DNA of 64,000 nucleotides from Candidatus Falkowbacteria bacterium (GTDB lineage Bacteria > Patescibacteriota > Patescibacteriia > Patescibacteriales > UBA12465), in assembly GCA_016432645.1 (NCBI GenBank), contig CP066698.1:389062-453061 (forward strand), in the 5' to 3' direction. Position numbers and translations under genes: made by a program. A model generated the notes under the pieces. It was not told the DNA's origin. It saw only the letters and a program-made list of their open reading frames with translations, and ran no database searches. The stretch's first letter is position 1. The number at the start of each line of letters is the position of its first letter. Shown in pieces: positions 11,062 through 19,662 of this stretch.

Positions 11062-11325
11062 TTAAGTAAACCAGCCCTCGGTAAAACCAAGTCCCAGCTT
11101 CCTTTCAAAAACACAACCATTATCTTTCATTTTCGGTTGCGGAGACATAAAGTCTAACGGCTTAAAAAGATCAATTTGATGGCCGCCATTTCCCTTATTG
11201 CTAAGCGAATCGGAGCCAATCCTCATTCTCATAAAAATTTCAAAATCTACGATGGTCCTGCCACCGCCGACTAAGATTCCTCCTTGAGGAATACCAAAGC
11301 CGATTTGTATATTTCTATTTTCCAT
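11062..11325 (-). CDS. small hypothetical protein (last ORF of the pgk-eno operon)
   Basis: 87-aa ORF overlapping the upstream gene by 11 nt and ending 25 nt before the terminator. No recognisable motif. Confidence 0.4.
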   Translation of the reverse strand: MENRNIQIGFGIPQGGILVGGGRTIVDFEIFMRMRIGSDSLSNKGNGGHQIDLFKPLDFMSPQPKMKDNGCVFERKLGLGFTEGWFT

Positions 11326-12217
11326 CTACTAAACTAATGCCTGACATTCCGGCGTCTTTTTCTATACCCATTAAATTTAAAATAGTTGGGGCGATATCCG
11401 ATAAACTGCCAGCCGGCGCCAATAAGCTCAAATCGCCATCCGGAGCATCTTTAAGGCCGATTGTCTTGCCTTTAAAATCATCACCAACAATAATTAAAGG
11501 AACCGGATTATCGGTAATATTATTGTCAGGCAAATCGGTAGCCATATCTTTCAAGCGCTCAGCATTACCGGAGCTGGAAGAAATGACTAAGATGCCTTGA
11601 CGGTCTAAAACTTCAGATGCTAAAGACTTAAGTGCCCGATCCAAAATCTCGACTGTTTTAACTGTGTCCGCAAAATCTCCGCCGCTAGCTTTAACATCCA
11701 AAGCAGAACAAGCGGCCACGATAAAATTATATTTCCCGCTCTTAACCGCCTTCACTGATTCTCGGAAAATTCTTTTAACTGCCAGGGGGACATTAATCTC
11801 TTGTTTGTCATCCTCCAAGGAAATAGGCAGCCAGTCTTCACCAGGTAGACGTTCTTCGCGACGGCCGTTAAAAAAGCTACTTAAGGCCGCTAAACGTTCG
11901 CTATCAAAAATTTTTAATTGTTTTAAACCAACTCCAGAAATTATCGAACTTAAATCATTGCCAATAGCCTGAGTTTCATCACTAACTGCCAGACCGCTGC
12001 CTAAAATTAAATAACGCGCATTAATATTAAGCGCGTTCGCCTCTAAAATAGCGGTTGGATATTCTTTAGCCATTTTAGAGAAATTAAGGATACGAGCGTT
12101 ACTAATAGCATTAGCCTCATTCTTTTCAGCAACCCCCCAACCATCAAGCAATAATAAAAAAACCAATTGGGGTTTAGCACTTAAATCAGGGTTGTCCGAC
12201 GCTTCATTTTTTTCCAT
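11315..12217 (-). CDS. truncated, probably inactive homolog of cofactor-independent phosphoglycerate mutase (phosphatase-domain only)
   Basis: LLLLDGWGV N-terminus and GLKQLKIFDSERLAALSSFFNGRREERLPGED align with iPGM (LIILDG..., [32 protein letters not shown]). Only 300 aa: the ~230-aa transferase domain and the catalytic Ser loop are missing, and ADHGN is replaced by SSSGN. Confidence 0.8.
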   Translation of the reverse strand: MEKNEASDNPDLSAKPQLVFLLLLDGWGVAEKNEANAISNARILNFSKMAKEYPTAILEANALNINARYLILGSGLAVSDETQAIGNDLSSIISGVGLKQLKIFDSERLAALSSFFNGRREERLPGEDWLPISLEDDKQEINVPLAVKRIFRESVKAVKSGKYNFIVAACSALDVKASGGDFADTVKTVEILDRALKSLASEVLDRQGILVISSSSGNAERLKDMATDLPDNNITDNPVPLIIVGDDFKGKTIGLKDAPDGDLSLLAPAGSLSDIAPTILNLMGIEKDAGMSGISLVDGK

Positions 12218-13469
12218 AATTTTCTAAAATATCAGCGATTTCCATTAAGCGATTATACTTGACCACCCGTTCGCCTCGAGACAAAGAGCCGGCCTTAAGA
12301 TAATCTGCTCCCAAGGCGACTGCGAAATCAACCAAAAAATCATCCGTGGTTTCCCCGCTACGCTGAGAGATAATAATTTTAAAATTATGCTTACTGGCCA
12401 ATTTTACACAATCTACAGCTTCCGTCAAGGTGCCAACTTGATTCGGCTCAATAACAATAGAATTGGCTGCCTTTTCCTGAATACCAAGACGCAAACGATT
12501 AACGTTAGTTGTAAATAAGCTATCGCCGGCAATCATTAATTTATCTCCCATTTCGGAAGTTAAATTACGCCAACTCTCCCAATCATTTTCCGCGAGCGGA
12601 TCCTCCAAATAAATAATCGGGTATTTCCGCAACCAAGAATCATATAAACCGACAAGATTGGCGGCGCTAAAATAAGTTTTATCCAGCGGGAAAATGTAGC
12701 GCTTAGTCGTTTCCTCAAATAGAATATTAGAACCAATATCAATGCCGAGCCATAAATCTTTACCGGGATTATAACCAGCGCGAATCGCCGCCGCCAGCAT
12801 TAATTCAATCGCTTCAATACTGGAATCCAAATTAGGCGCATATCCCCCTTCGGAACCAGTGTCGGTATCATAACCGGCTGCCTGCAATTCATCTTTAAGG
12901 GCATAAAAAATCTCCGCGCCCTCGCGAATCATCTCCGCCGCGGTATTCTTTTTCGGAATCAGTAAAAATTCTTGAAAATCTAAATTGGTATCGGCATGGG
13001 TTGCGCCGTTAAAAATATTAAAGAAAGGCACCGGAATTTTAGGAGAGGTTAAGGAATAAACTGTTTGTAAATAAGAAAATAATTCCTGTTTCTGGCTTAA
13101 AGCGCCGGCGCGGGCGCAAACTAAAGAAACAGCCAAAGTAGAATTAGCTCCCAAATGACTTTTATCGCTAGTGCCGTCGAGTTCAATTAATTTTTTATCA
13201 ATTGCTTCTTGTTTTAAAACATCAAAACCGATAAGTGCCGGGGCAATAATTTCATTTATTTTAGCCAGCGCCTGTAAAACACCGCGGCCTTGATAACGCT
13301 TTTTATCACCATCGCGCAACTCAAAGGCTTCATAGGTGCCGAGTGCCAGACCTCCAGGAACACTAGCTTTGGCCTTCAGGCCATTATCCAGCAAGATACT
13401 GGCTTCAATAGTCGGCCAACCGCGAGAATCTAAAATTTCTCTAGCGACTAAACTTTTTATTTTTGGCAT
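12204..13469 (-). CDS. eno: enolase-family protein (two catalytic residues substituted)
   Basis: Full-length similarity to enolase (SRGWPTIE, QEFLL, SEGGYAPN, YLEDPL, GDSLFTTN, SGETTD, KYNRLMEI). However, ILIKFNQIG is IVIEPNQVG and SHRSGE is SQRSGE. Confidence 0.9.
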   Translation of the reverse strand: MPKIKSLVAREILDSRGWPTIEASILLDNGLKAKASVPGGLALGTYEAFELRDGDKKRYQGRGVLQALAKINEIIAPALIGFDVLKQEAIDKKLIELDGTSDKSHLGANSTLAVSLVCARAGALSQKQELFSYLQTVYSLTSPKIPVPFFNIFNGATHADTNLDFQEFLLIPKKNTAAEMIREGAEIFYALKDELQAAGYDTDTGSEGGYAPNLDSSIEAIELMLAAAIRAGYNPGKDLWLGIDIGSNILFEETTKRYIFPLDKTYFSAANLVGLYDSWLRKYPIIYLEDPLAENDWESWRNLTSEMGDKLMIAGDSLFTTNVNRLRLGIQEKAANSIVIEPNQVGTLTEAVDCVKLASKHNFKIIISQRSGETTDDFLVDFAVALGADYLKAGSLSRGERVVKYNRLMEIADILENYGKK

Positions 13470-13479
13470 AAAGAAAAAA

Positions 13480-14655
13480 TTAAACTACAATTTTTTTAAG
13501 CCCCGGCATTTTAGCGCCGCCCAAATATGAAAGCATGGCGCCGCCGGCCGTTGAGACCCAATCAACATACTCCATCATCCCGGTCATCTTCAAAGCGGAT
13601 ATTGTTTCGCCGCCGCCGGTAACGCCATAAGCACGGCCCCGGGAGCGGGCAGCAATTACCATGGCCAAAGAAATGGTGCCATTTTTAAAAGCCGCTTCCT
13701 CAAACTTTCCCATCGGGCCATTCCAAATAACGGTATTGGCTTTCTTGATATACTCGGCATACAAACTGACTGTTTCCGGGCCGATATCAAAAATGCAATC
13801 AGTTTTAGCGACCGCCTTAACTTTTTTAGATAATATTTTTCCATTTTTAGTTTTAACTACCACATCCAAAGGCAAAATAATTTTTTTATCGCGCGCCTTG
13901 CCGCTTAGCAATTTCTTCACCACCGGAACAGAACCGGCATCAAATAGCGACTTTCCAATTTCTAATTTTTTAAATTTTAAAAAATTATTAGCCAAACCGC
14001 CGCCTAAAAGAATGTGGCTGGCAGCCGGGTAAAGCTTAGAGATTAAAGCGGCCTTGGTTTCTATCTTGGCCCCGCCCATCATAACTACCAGGGGCTTCTT
14101 CGGCTTGACTATCTTATGCAAAGCTTTGAGTTCTTGTTCCAGTAAAATACCGGCATAAGCTGGCAAATAATTTTTAATAGCATCGACTGAAGTTTGGGCG
14201 CGATGCGAAACGGCAAAGGCGTCATTAACATAAGCATCCGCTAAAACAGCCAGCTGCTTAGCAAAATCTTTATCATTTTTAGTCTCACCCGGATTAAATC
14301 TAACATTTTCTAAAAATAATACTTCGCCAGACTTCATTTTATTAACTGCTTCAACAACTTTGGGACCAACAACCGCCGGTACAAATTTAACCTTTAAGGA
14401 TGCCATCTTGGCTAAGCGCGCCGCCAAAGGAGCAGTAGATAAAGATTTAAGAGCCTTGCCATTCGGCTCCCCTAAATGCGTTATAATTATCAGTTTGGCG
14501 CCTTGGGAAGATAAATATTTAATGGTTTCCAAGCCGGCGCTTATTTTATAATCGTCTTTAATCTTTCCCTTTTCCATGGGAACATTAAAATCAACCCGCA
14601 CTAAAAATTTTTGATTACTAATTTTTTTTAAACGGCTGATAGAATTGATTTTCAT
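13480..14655 (-). CDS. pgk: phosphoglycerate kinase
   Basis: VRVDFNVP N-terminus, hinge and C-domain motifs (GGAKIETK, WNGPMGKFE, GGGETI), 391 aa. Confidence 0.95.
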   Translation of the reverse strand: MKINSISRLKKISNQKFLVRVDFNVPMEKGKIKDDYKISAGLETIKYLSSQGAKLIIITHLGEPNGKALKSLSTAPLAARLAKMASLKVKFVPAVVGPKVVEAVNKMKSGEVLFLENVRFNPGETKNDKDFAKQLAVLADAYVNDAFAVSHRAQTSVDAIKNYLPAYAGILLEQELKALHKIVKPKKPLVVMMGGAKIETKAALISKLYPAASHILLGGGLANNFLKFKKLEIGKSLFDAGSVPVVKKLLSGKARDKKIILPLDVVVKTKNGKILSKKVKAVAKTDCIFDIGPETVSLYAEYIKKANTVIWNGPMGKFEEAAFKNGTISLAMVIAARSRGRAYGVTGGGETISALKMTGMMEYVDWVSTAGGAMLSYLGGAKMPGLKKIVV

Positions 14656-14667
14656 ATTAAATAAAAT

Positions 14668-15825
14668 TTATTTTTCTTCTCCTAATTTAAGAGTGACCTC
14701 TTTTTCGACACCGTTTCTGATGTAAGTGAGCGTGATATTATCTCCGGGATTAAAGGAAGCGATAATATCCGCCAAATCATTATTGGCGTCCAGAGCTTGA
14801 TTGTTAACCCAGCTGATAACGTCGCCTTCCTGCAGGCCGGCATTCGCGGCTGGACTGTTTTTAACAACGGCCGGCAGCGTCTCAGAGCTATGGAGCCAAG
14901 CGCCTTTTTCTAAATTTAAGCTTAAAGATTTAGTAGTGCTCAAATCTAAATAATTAACACCTAATAAAGGCTGGGAAGCGGTGCCGGTTTTAAAGAAGCT
15001 TTGCCAATAAGAATTATAGGAAAAAGCGGGGACAATTTCTTTGTCTTCACCGATAATCGCCACTAAATCTCCAGCCAAATTAAAGACGAAAGAATTTTTA
15101 AATTGGTCCTCCGGCGTTCCGGCTAAGGTAAATCTGGTATTCAAAGAATCACTGCTGAGTACAGTCGGTGTTTTTTTAAATGAGGAAAGTGAGGTTAATA
15201 AAACATTGCTAAAATCATTAATCGCCAAAACAGACTGCCCCAAGGAAATGTCGGTGCGGGCAACAATTTTTTTAACTGTCAAATTATTGGCGGCCTCCAA
15301 ATGGAAAAAAATTAAATCACCTGGTAAATTATCGAAATCGGAAATTTTATCTATCTTATAAACCTTGCGATCACTGGTAATGGCCACGAAATTTTTAACA
15401 TTAAAATTTTTCTTGAAATCAGCCGGCGCGGAAATGGCTATCCAGCCATCAGCGGTTACCGCTAAACCGACTAGCAGCGGTTCGTCTAATTTATAATATT
15501 GCGCGGAGGACGATTTTTCATTAACCGCTAAAGTCTTAAAGACACCGACTAAAGATGGTCTGATGGAACCGATAGTCTCGCCGACCTTAACATCCTGGTT
15601 GACCACTACTTTTTTGGCATCTTGAATTATTAAATTGGAACGATTACTGTTCAGACTGGCCAGATTAACTTCATTATTAAAATAAGGCACAGAAAAATCT
15701 TTCAAAAAATAAACTCGGGTCACAATCTCCCCGGCGGCGCCGGCAATCAGCCCCAGGAAAATCGCTAAAATAATTACCGGCAACAGGCGATGCTTGTTAT
15801 TTTTTGTAGTAACAGGAGTATTCAT
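14668..15825 (-). CDS. membrane-anchored PDZ-domain protein, HtrA-like with apparently degenerate protease domain
   Basis: N-terminal TM (LLPVIILAIFLGLIAGAAG). C-terminal PDZ (SPAANAGLQEGDVISWVNNQAL...ITLTYIRNGVEKEVTLKL). No GNSGGP or His/Asp triad context recognisable. Confidence 0.7.
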   Translation of the reverse strand: MNTPVTTKNNKHRLLPVIILAIFLGLIAGAAGEIVTRVYFLKDFSVPYFNNEVNLASLNSNRSNLIIQDAKKVVVNQDVKVGETIGSIRPSLVGVFKTLAVNEKSSSAQYYKLDEPLLVGLAVTADGWIAISAPADFKKNFNVKNFVAITSDRKVYKIDKISDFDNLPGDLIFFHLEAANNLTVKKIVARTDISLGQSVLAINDFSNVLLTSLSSFKKTPTVLSSDSLNTRFTLAGTPEDQFKNSFVFNLAGDLVAIIGEDKEIVPAFSYNSYWQSFFKTGTASQPLLGVNYLDLSTTKSLSLNLEKGAWLHSSETLPAVVKNSPAANAGLQEGDVISWVNNQALDANNDLADIIASFNPGDNITLTYIRNGVEKEVTLKLGEEK

Positions 15826-15850
15826 AATAAAAATGTTATTTATTCTAAAA

Positions 15851-16615
15851 TTAAAACCAACGCGAACTTAAAAGTAAAATTATAATTAAAATAATACCGA
15901 AGCTTAAAGGCCAGCGTAAATTATTACCGGAGAAATTACCTTTTAAAAAAAGCCGCAGCACCAACAAAATAAAATAATAAAAAATAGCCGTAAAAAATCC
16001 TAAAATATTGAAACTGAGCGGCAAAAAATAAATGACCGCTGTCATTTCAGCCAGAACCAAAGAGGCGCTTAAAAACAAGGGCCAATTATCTCTAATATTT
16101 ATTCTGCCTAAAACAAATGATTGGAAGAATAACGGCGATACCAAAATTACAAATAATGGCAACAAACCCCAAAAATTCCAGCTCAAAAAAGTCGGCAAAC
16201 CATAAAGCGAGGAAGCTAAAGCAAACACCGACAAAAATCCGCCGGAGAGCATCAAGCTATCCAATCTCTCCGCGCGCTCCGAAGCGCCATAATGGAAAAA
16301 ATAATAAATATTTCTTAAATAGGAAAAAGAAAAATAAGCTGATAACAATAAAATAATTTGAATCCAATAATAATTGGGGAGAAAAGTTATATATAAAGAA
16401 ACGGACAAGAAAAATAAAGCCGGAAAAAAGAAAAACAAGGGCCAATTTTGATTCTGTCTATCTTTTTCGCTTCCCCGGACAACTAAAGCTAAAAGCAAAA
16501 ATCCGGCAGTAATCGCCAAAAAGAAAAATTGCGGACGCGCTAAAAATAACTGGCTCAAGAGCCATAAAACTACGGGGGTCAAAAAAATAGTTTTTTTACT
16601 TTTAAAAAAATTCAT
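15851..16615 (-). CDS. polytopic membrane protein, unknown function
   Basis: Start moved to Met35 (MNFFKSKK..., ATG 16615-16613) to remove the overlap with the upstream gene. About 8 hydrophobic segments. Confidence 0.65.
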   Translation of the reverse strand: MNFFKSKKTIFLTPVVLWLLSQLFLARPQFFFLAITAGFLLLALVVRGSEKDRQNQNWPLFFFFPALFFLSVSLYITFLPNYYWIQIILLLSAYFSFSYLRNIYYFFHYGASERAERLDSLMLSGGFLSVFALASSLYGLPTFLSWNFWGLLPLFVILVSPLFFQSFVLGRINIRDNWPLFLSASLVLAEMTAVIYFLPLSFNILGFFTAIFYYFILLVLRLFLKGNFSGNNLRWPLSFGIILIIILLLSSRWF

Positions 16616-16631
16616 AGTTAGCAGTAAGTTG

Positions 16632-18890
16632 TTATTCTGGTACATTAATATTTGGGGTGGTTGTGGCCGTTGAAGTGGCAACGGTTGAAGCGGCGGTTGA
16701 AGTAGCGCTTGTTTCAAGGCTGAGGGGTGGCATTTCTTCGGTAGTTGTAGAGATTGAATCAGAACCCGGCTCCGCCAACTGTTCGGCGGATTCCGGAATC
16801 TTTGGTATTTCCGGTATATCAGTCGTGGTTATGATATAGCTCTCTTCGCCAGGAGTCAACAACAAAGAACCGACCTCGCTTAAACTGGCGATTTTATTAA
16901 TCTTTAAAAATTTATTGGAAAACGTCAATAAATCAGTGTCCGCCAGCGTACTATAACGAACGGTGTTGTCGTAATAGCTAAACCCTTGCCAAGAATCAGC
17001 CGCCGACATCAAACCACCTAAAGAATGGTCGACTCTTCCCTTAAGATTAAGCACGCCGCCATCGGTCGAAAAAACTAAAGCTCCGGAAAAAGATAAGCGA
17101 TTATTGTCGTAAAGCGAAACCGGCACCGAAATAATATTAGCCGAAATTGAATTATAAAGAGCTTGGTGATTATTGAGCGCCATAGAATCACTGTTAGCAT
17201 CGCCAATAACATAACCGCTAAGCTCTTTGGGGCTTTGCAAATCGGAAAAATCAAACAATGATAATTTTAAACCGGTTTTTACCAAAGACGATTCAGCGCC
17301 GACTTCCTGATTGCGGCCAAAACTTAATAAAACATTACCCTTGTCGTCAGCTTGATAAATTTGAGCGGAGGAATTTGGTAATTGTACCGCGCCTAAAATT
17401 CCCGGCTTAGTGCTATCGGAAAAATCAGCCACATAAAGAGCGTCATTAACTTTGGCGGTTTTTAAATAAGCGCGATTACCCATAAACTTCACCTCGTGCA
17501 ATTTGGCTCCAGTGGCGATATTTTCCAATTTACCTAGCACCCGCAGGCCGTCATCCAAAACATAAAGATTATTGTAGACTTTGCTAGTATCTTTAAAAAG
17601 TTTGGACCACATTTCATTTCGCGAAGCCACTAATCGCACTTGGCCGTCGCTCTCGCTCAAACCCGAACCTTTAATAATTTGCCCAAAAATATTTCCTTTA
17701 GCCTGATAAGCGATTTTGCCGGCATCAAAAATAATTTTATAAATTGTGGTATTTTCAATCTCATTCATGTTGGCTTTTATTTTCTCAACCAAAGAACTAT
17801 CAACCGCCGCCTGCAGCGCATCTTTTTCCGAGCTGGACAAAGAAGCAGTATAAGCGTTAACAATTGCTGCCACTTTAACTGCTTTTTCCGGAGAACTTAA
17901 AAGATTTTCCGGCAAAGCTTCAATTTCTTTAATTTGCTGCTGATCAGCCGCGCTTAAACGATTAAAAACTTGATCGCGCTTCAATTCATTTTGCAAATCA
18001 TACTCGCTCACTGAATTGGTATAGGTTAAATAAAGGCTGTTCGTAGGAGCATAGGCTTCTTGATTGGAGTCCAATAAATAGTCATTAACGACTAAAGCCT
18101 TGCTCGTGTCCGATAAGCTGATGGAGGCGACTGAGAGAAAATAATAATTATTATAAGAATAATCAAAATAAAATACTTCCGGTATTAAACAATTATTAGC
18201 GTCGCGGCAATCGCCGCTGACAACCTGGCCGGCTTCCAGAATTCTTGGAGTTAAGGGTTCATTTTCTAAGTAATTAATATTGGCGGTAGTCATTAAATAA
18301 GCGTGGCTGCCGATCAATTTAACGCCGGCATACTGGCCTTCAAAAGATAAATCTCTAACTTCTTTAGGACTGGTCGGATCGGCAACATCATATATTTTGA
18401 AAAATAAGTAGTCGCCTTCCCGTTTGAAAGAATTCCAGACAGGACTGGATTTTATTTCTGTGTCAACACCATAAACAGCCACGCGCTGTCCGGATACCAA
18501 AATTCCTAACGGCCTGGAAGGAAAAGAAATTTTACCGACCACCTTAGCTTGCGGCGCATACAGAGAATTAGTGATAAAAATATCGTTTTTAACTAGCGTG
18601 TAAATATAATTTCCCTCAACCGCCAAAACTTGGTTGGCGTCAGCGCCGGGGATGGCGCTGATCATGGAAGTGGCGGCGGAATGGGAAAACATAAAATCTT
18701 TTAAAAACGCCGCATCGGTATTTTTTTTAAGGTCGCCACTGGGGCCGGAGTTCTTCTGATTATTATTAGCATAACTAACCAGAGGCATATCTTGAAGCGT
18801 GCGGTCTTTTTCCCAAGGAAAAGTACAGCCACTCGCGGTAAGTGCTACCAAAATTAGCGAAAAAATTGCCTTGAAGCTTGCTTTTAACAT
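16632..18890 (-). CDS. lipoprotein with C-terminal beta-propeller domain (Beta_propel/COG4880-like)
   Basis: Start moved to Met38 (MLKASFKAIFSLILVALTASGC, lipobox), which removes the overlap with the Ldt gene. NRAYLKTAKVNDALYVADFSDSTKPGILGAVQLP resembles the conserved core of the secreted beta-propeller family. S/T-rich tail. Confidence 0.7.
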   Translation of the reverse strand: MLKASFKAIFSLILVALTASGCTFPWEKDRTLQDMPLVSYANNNQKNSGPSGDLKKNTDAAFLKDFMFSHSAATSMISAIPGADANQVLAVEGNYIYTLVKNDIFITNSLYAPQAKVVGKISFPSRPLGILVSGQRVAVYGVDTEIKSSPVWNSFKREGDYLFFKIYDVADPTSPKEVRDLSFEGQYAGVKLIGSHAYLMTTANINYLENEPLTPRILEAGQVVSGDCRDANNCLIPEVFYFDYSYNNYYFLSVASISLSDTSKALVVNDYLLDSNQEAYAPTNSLYLTYTNSVSEYDLQNELKRDQVFNRLSAADQQQIKEIEALPENLLSSPEKAVKVAAIVNAYTASLSSSEKDALQAAVDSSLVEKIKANMNEIENTTIYKIIFDAGKIAYQAKGNIFGQIIKGSGLSESDGQVRLVASRNEMWSKLFKDTSKVYNNLYVLDDGLRVLGKLENIATGAKLHEVKFMGNRAYLKTAKVNDALYVADFSDSTKPGILGAVQLPNSSAQIYQADDKGNVLLSFGRNQEVGAESSLVKTGLKLSLFDFSDLQSPKELSGYVIGDANSDSMALNNHQALYNSISANIISVPVSLYDNNRLSFSGALVFSTDGGVLNLKGRVDHSLGGLMSAADSWQGFSYYDNTVRYSTLADTDLLTFSNKFLKINKIASLSEVGSLLLTPGEESYIITTTDIPEIPKIPESAEQLAEPGSDSISTTTEEMPPLSLETSATSTAASTVATSTATTTPNINVPE

Positions 18891-18972
18891 ATGATTGTTA
18901 GAAAAATAATCATGCACCAAAATTATAACATATTTATCGTTTATTTTCACGAGCAGAAACTGATGATTGAGA

Positions 18973-19662
18973 TTATTTATTAATAAAAACTGGCAGACCA
19001 ATATCTACCCGATCAAATAAATATTGCGCCGGTCCAACCCCCAGGCGGATACAACCATGAGACACTGCTTTTCCTAAATGATTTTCCCCCTCGCGATAAC
19101 CGCTGGGCCAAACCGGAAGTTCATGGATGCCAATACTGCCGCGGTCCAAACCTAGCCAAAAAGGCATCCAAAGTTTATAGGTTTTAGACCAAGCTTTTTT
19201 AATCCGACTCACTACCGTAAAAGTCCCAGTGGGTGTCGGCATACTGGGCTTGCCGGTGGAAACGGTAAATTCTTTCCAAGCGATTCCCGAAACAAAATAA
19301 ACGAGTTTTTGTTTCTTTAAAGATATTTCTACTTTCTGAGCTAATTTTTTAGTGGAGGTGGAGAGCGGGTCAAAAGCGAAATCAATTTCCGCAAAATCAG
19401 AATAACCATCGGCATCGGTGTCAGCCAACAACGGATCGGTTTTAAACTTAAGTTCCAAATCATCACTTAAACCATCTTGATCGGCATCGCTCGCGGTAAT
19501 TTTCACCGGCTCAATATTAAAAGGCGACCAGCCATTTTTTATTTCTAAGTCATCAGCATAACCATCGCCATCAGAATCAATCATTTCTGCCGCTTTTGAT
19601 ACATTCGGAACCAAAATAAAGCCAGCTAGCAACAAATAAATTATAAATATCCGATATCTCAT
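18973..19662 (-). CDS. L,D-transpeptidase (YkuD) with thrombospondin-type-3-like Ca-binding repeats
   Basis: Signal peptide. Three DxDxDGxxDxxE repeats (DSDGDGYADDLE, DADQDGLSDDLE, DTDADGYSDFAE). Catalytic IHE...SHGCIRL motif. Confidence 0.85.
   Translation of the reverse strand: MRYRIFIIYLLLAGFILVPNVSKAAEMIDSDGDGYADDLEIKNGWSPFNIEPVKITASDADQDGLSDDLELKFKTDPLLADTDADGYSDFAEIDFAFDPLSTSTKKLAQKVEISLKKQKLVYFVSGIAWKEFTVSTGKPSMPTPTGTFTVVSRIKKAWSKTYKLWMPFWLGLDRGSIGIHELPVWPSGYREGENHLGKAVSHGCIRLGVGPAQYLFDRVDIGLPVFINK

Noticed and set aside
16632-19001. Long N-terminal extensions offered by the ORF track (16632-19001, 15851-16717, 6639-7403, 5828-6691, 58285-58932, TTG start at 56077).
   Set aside because: The extensions overlap the upstream gene, translate to non-protein-like sequence, and an internal ATG begins exactly at a signal peptide, lipobox, TM or conserved N-terminus. 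Shorter starts were used.
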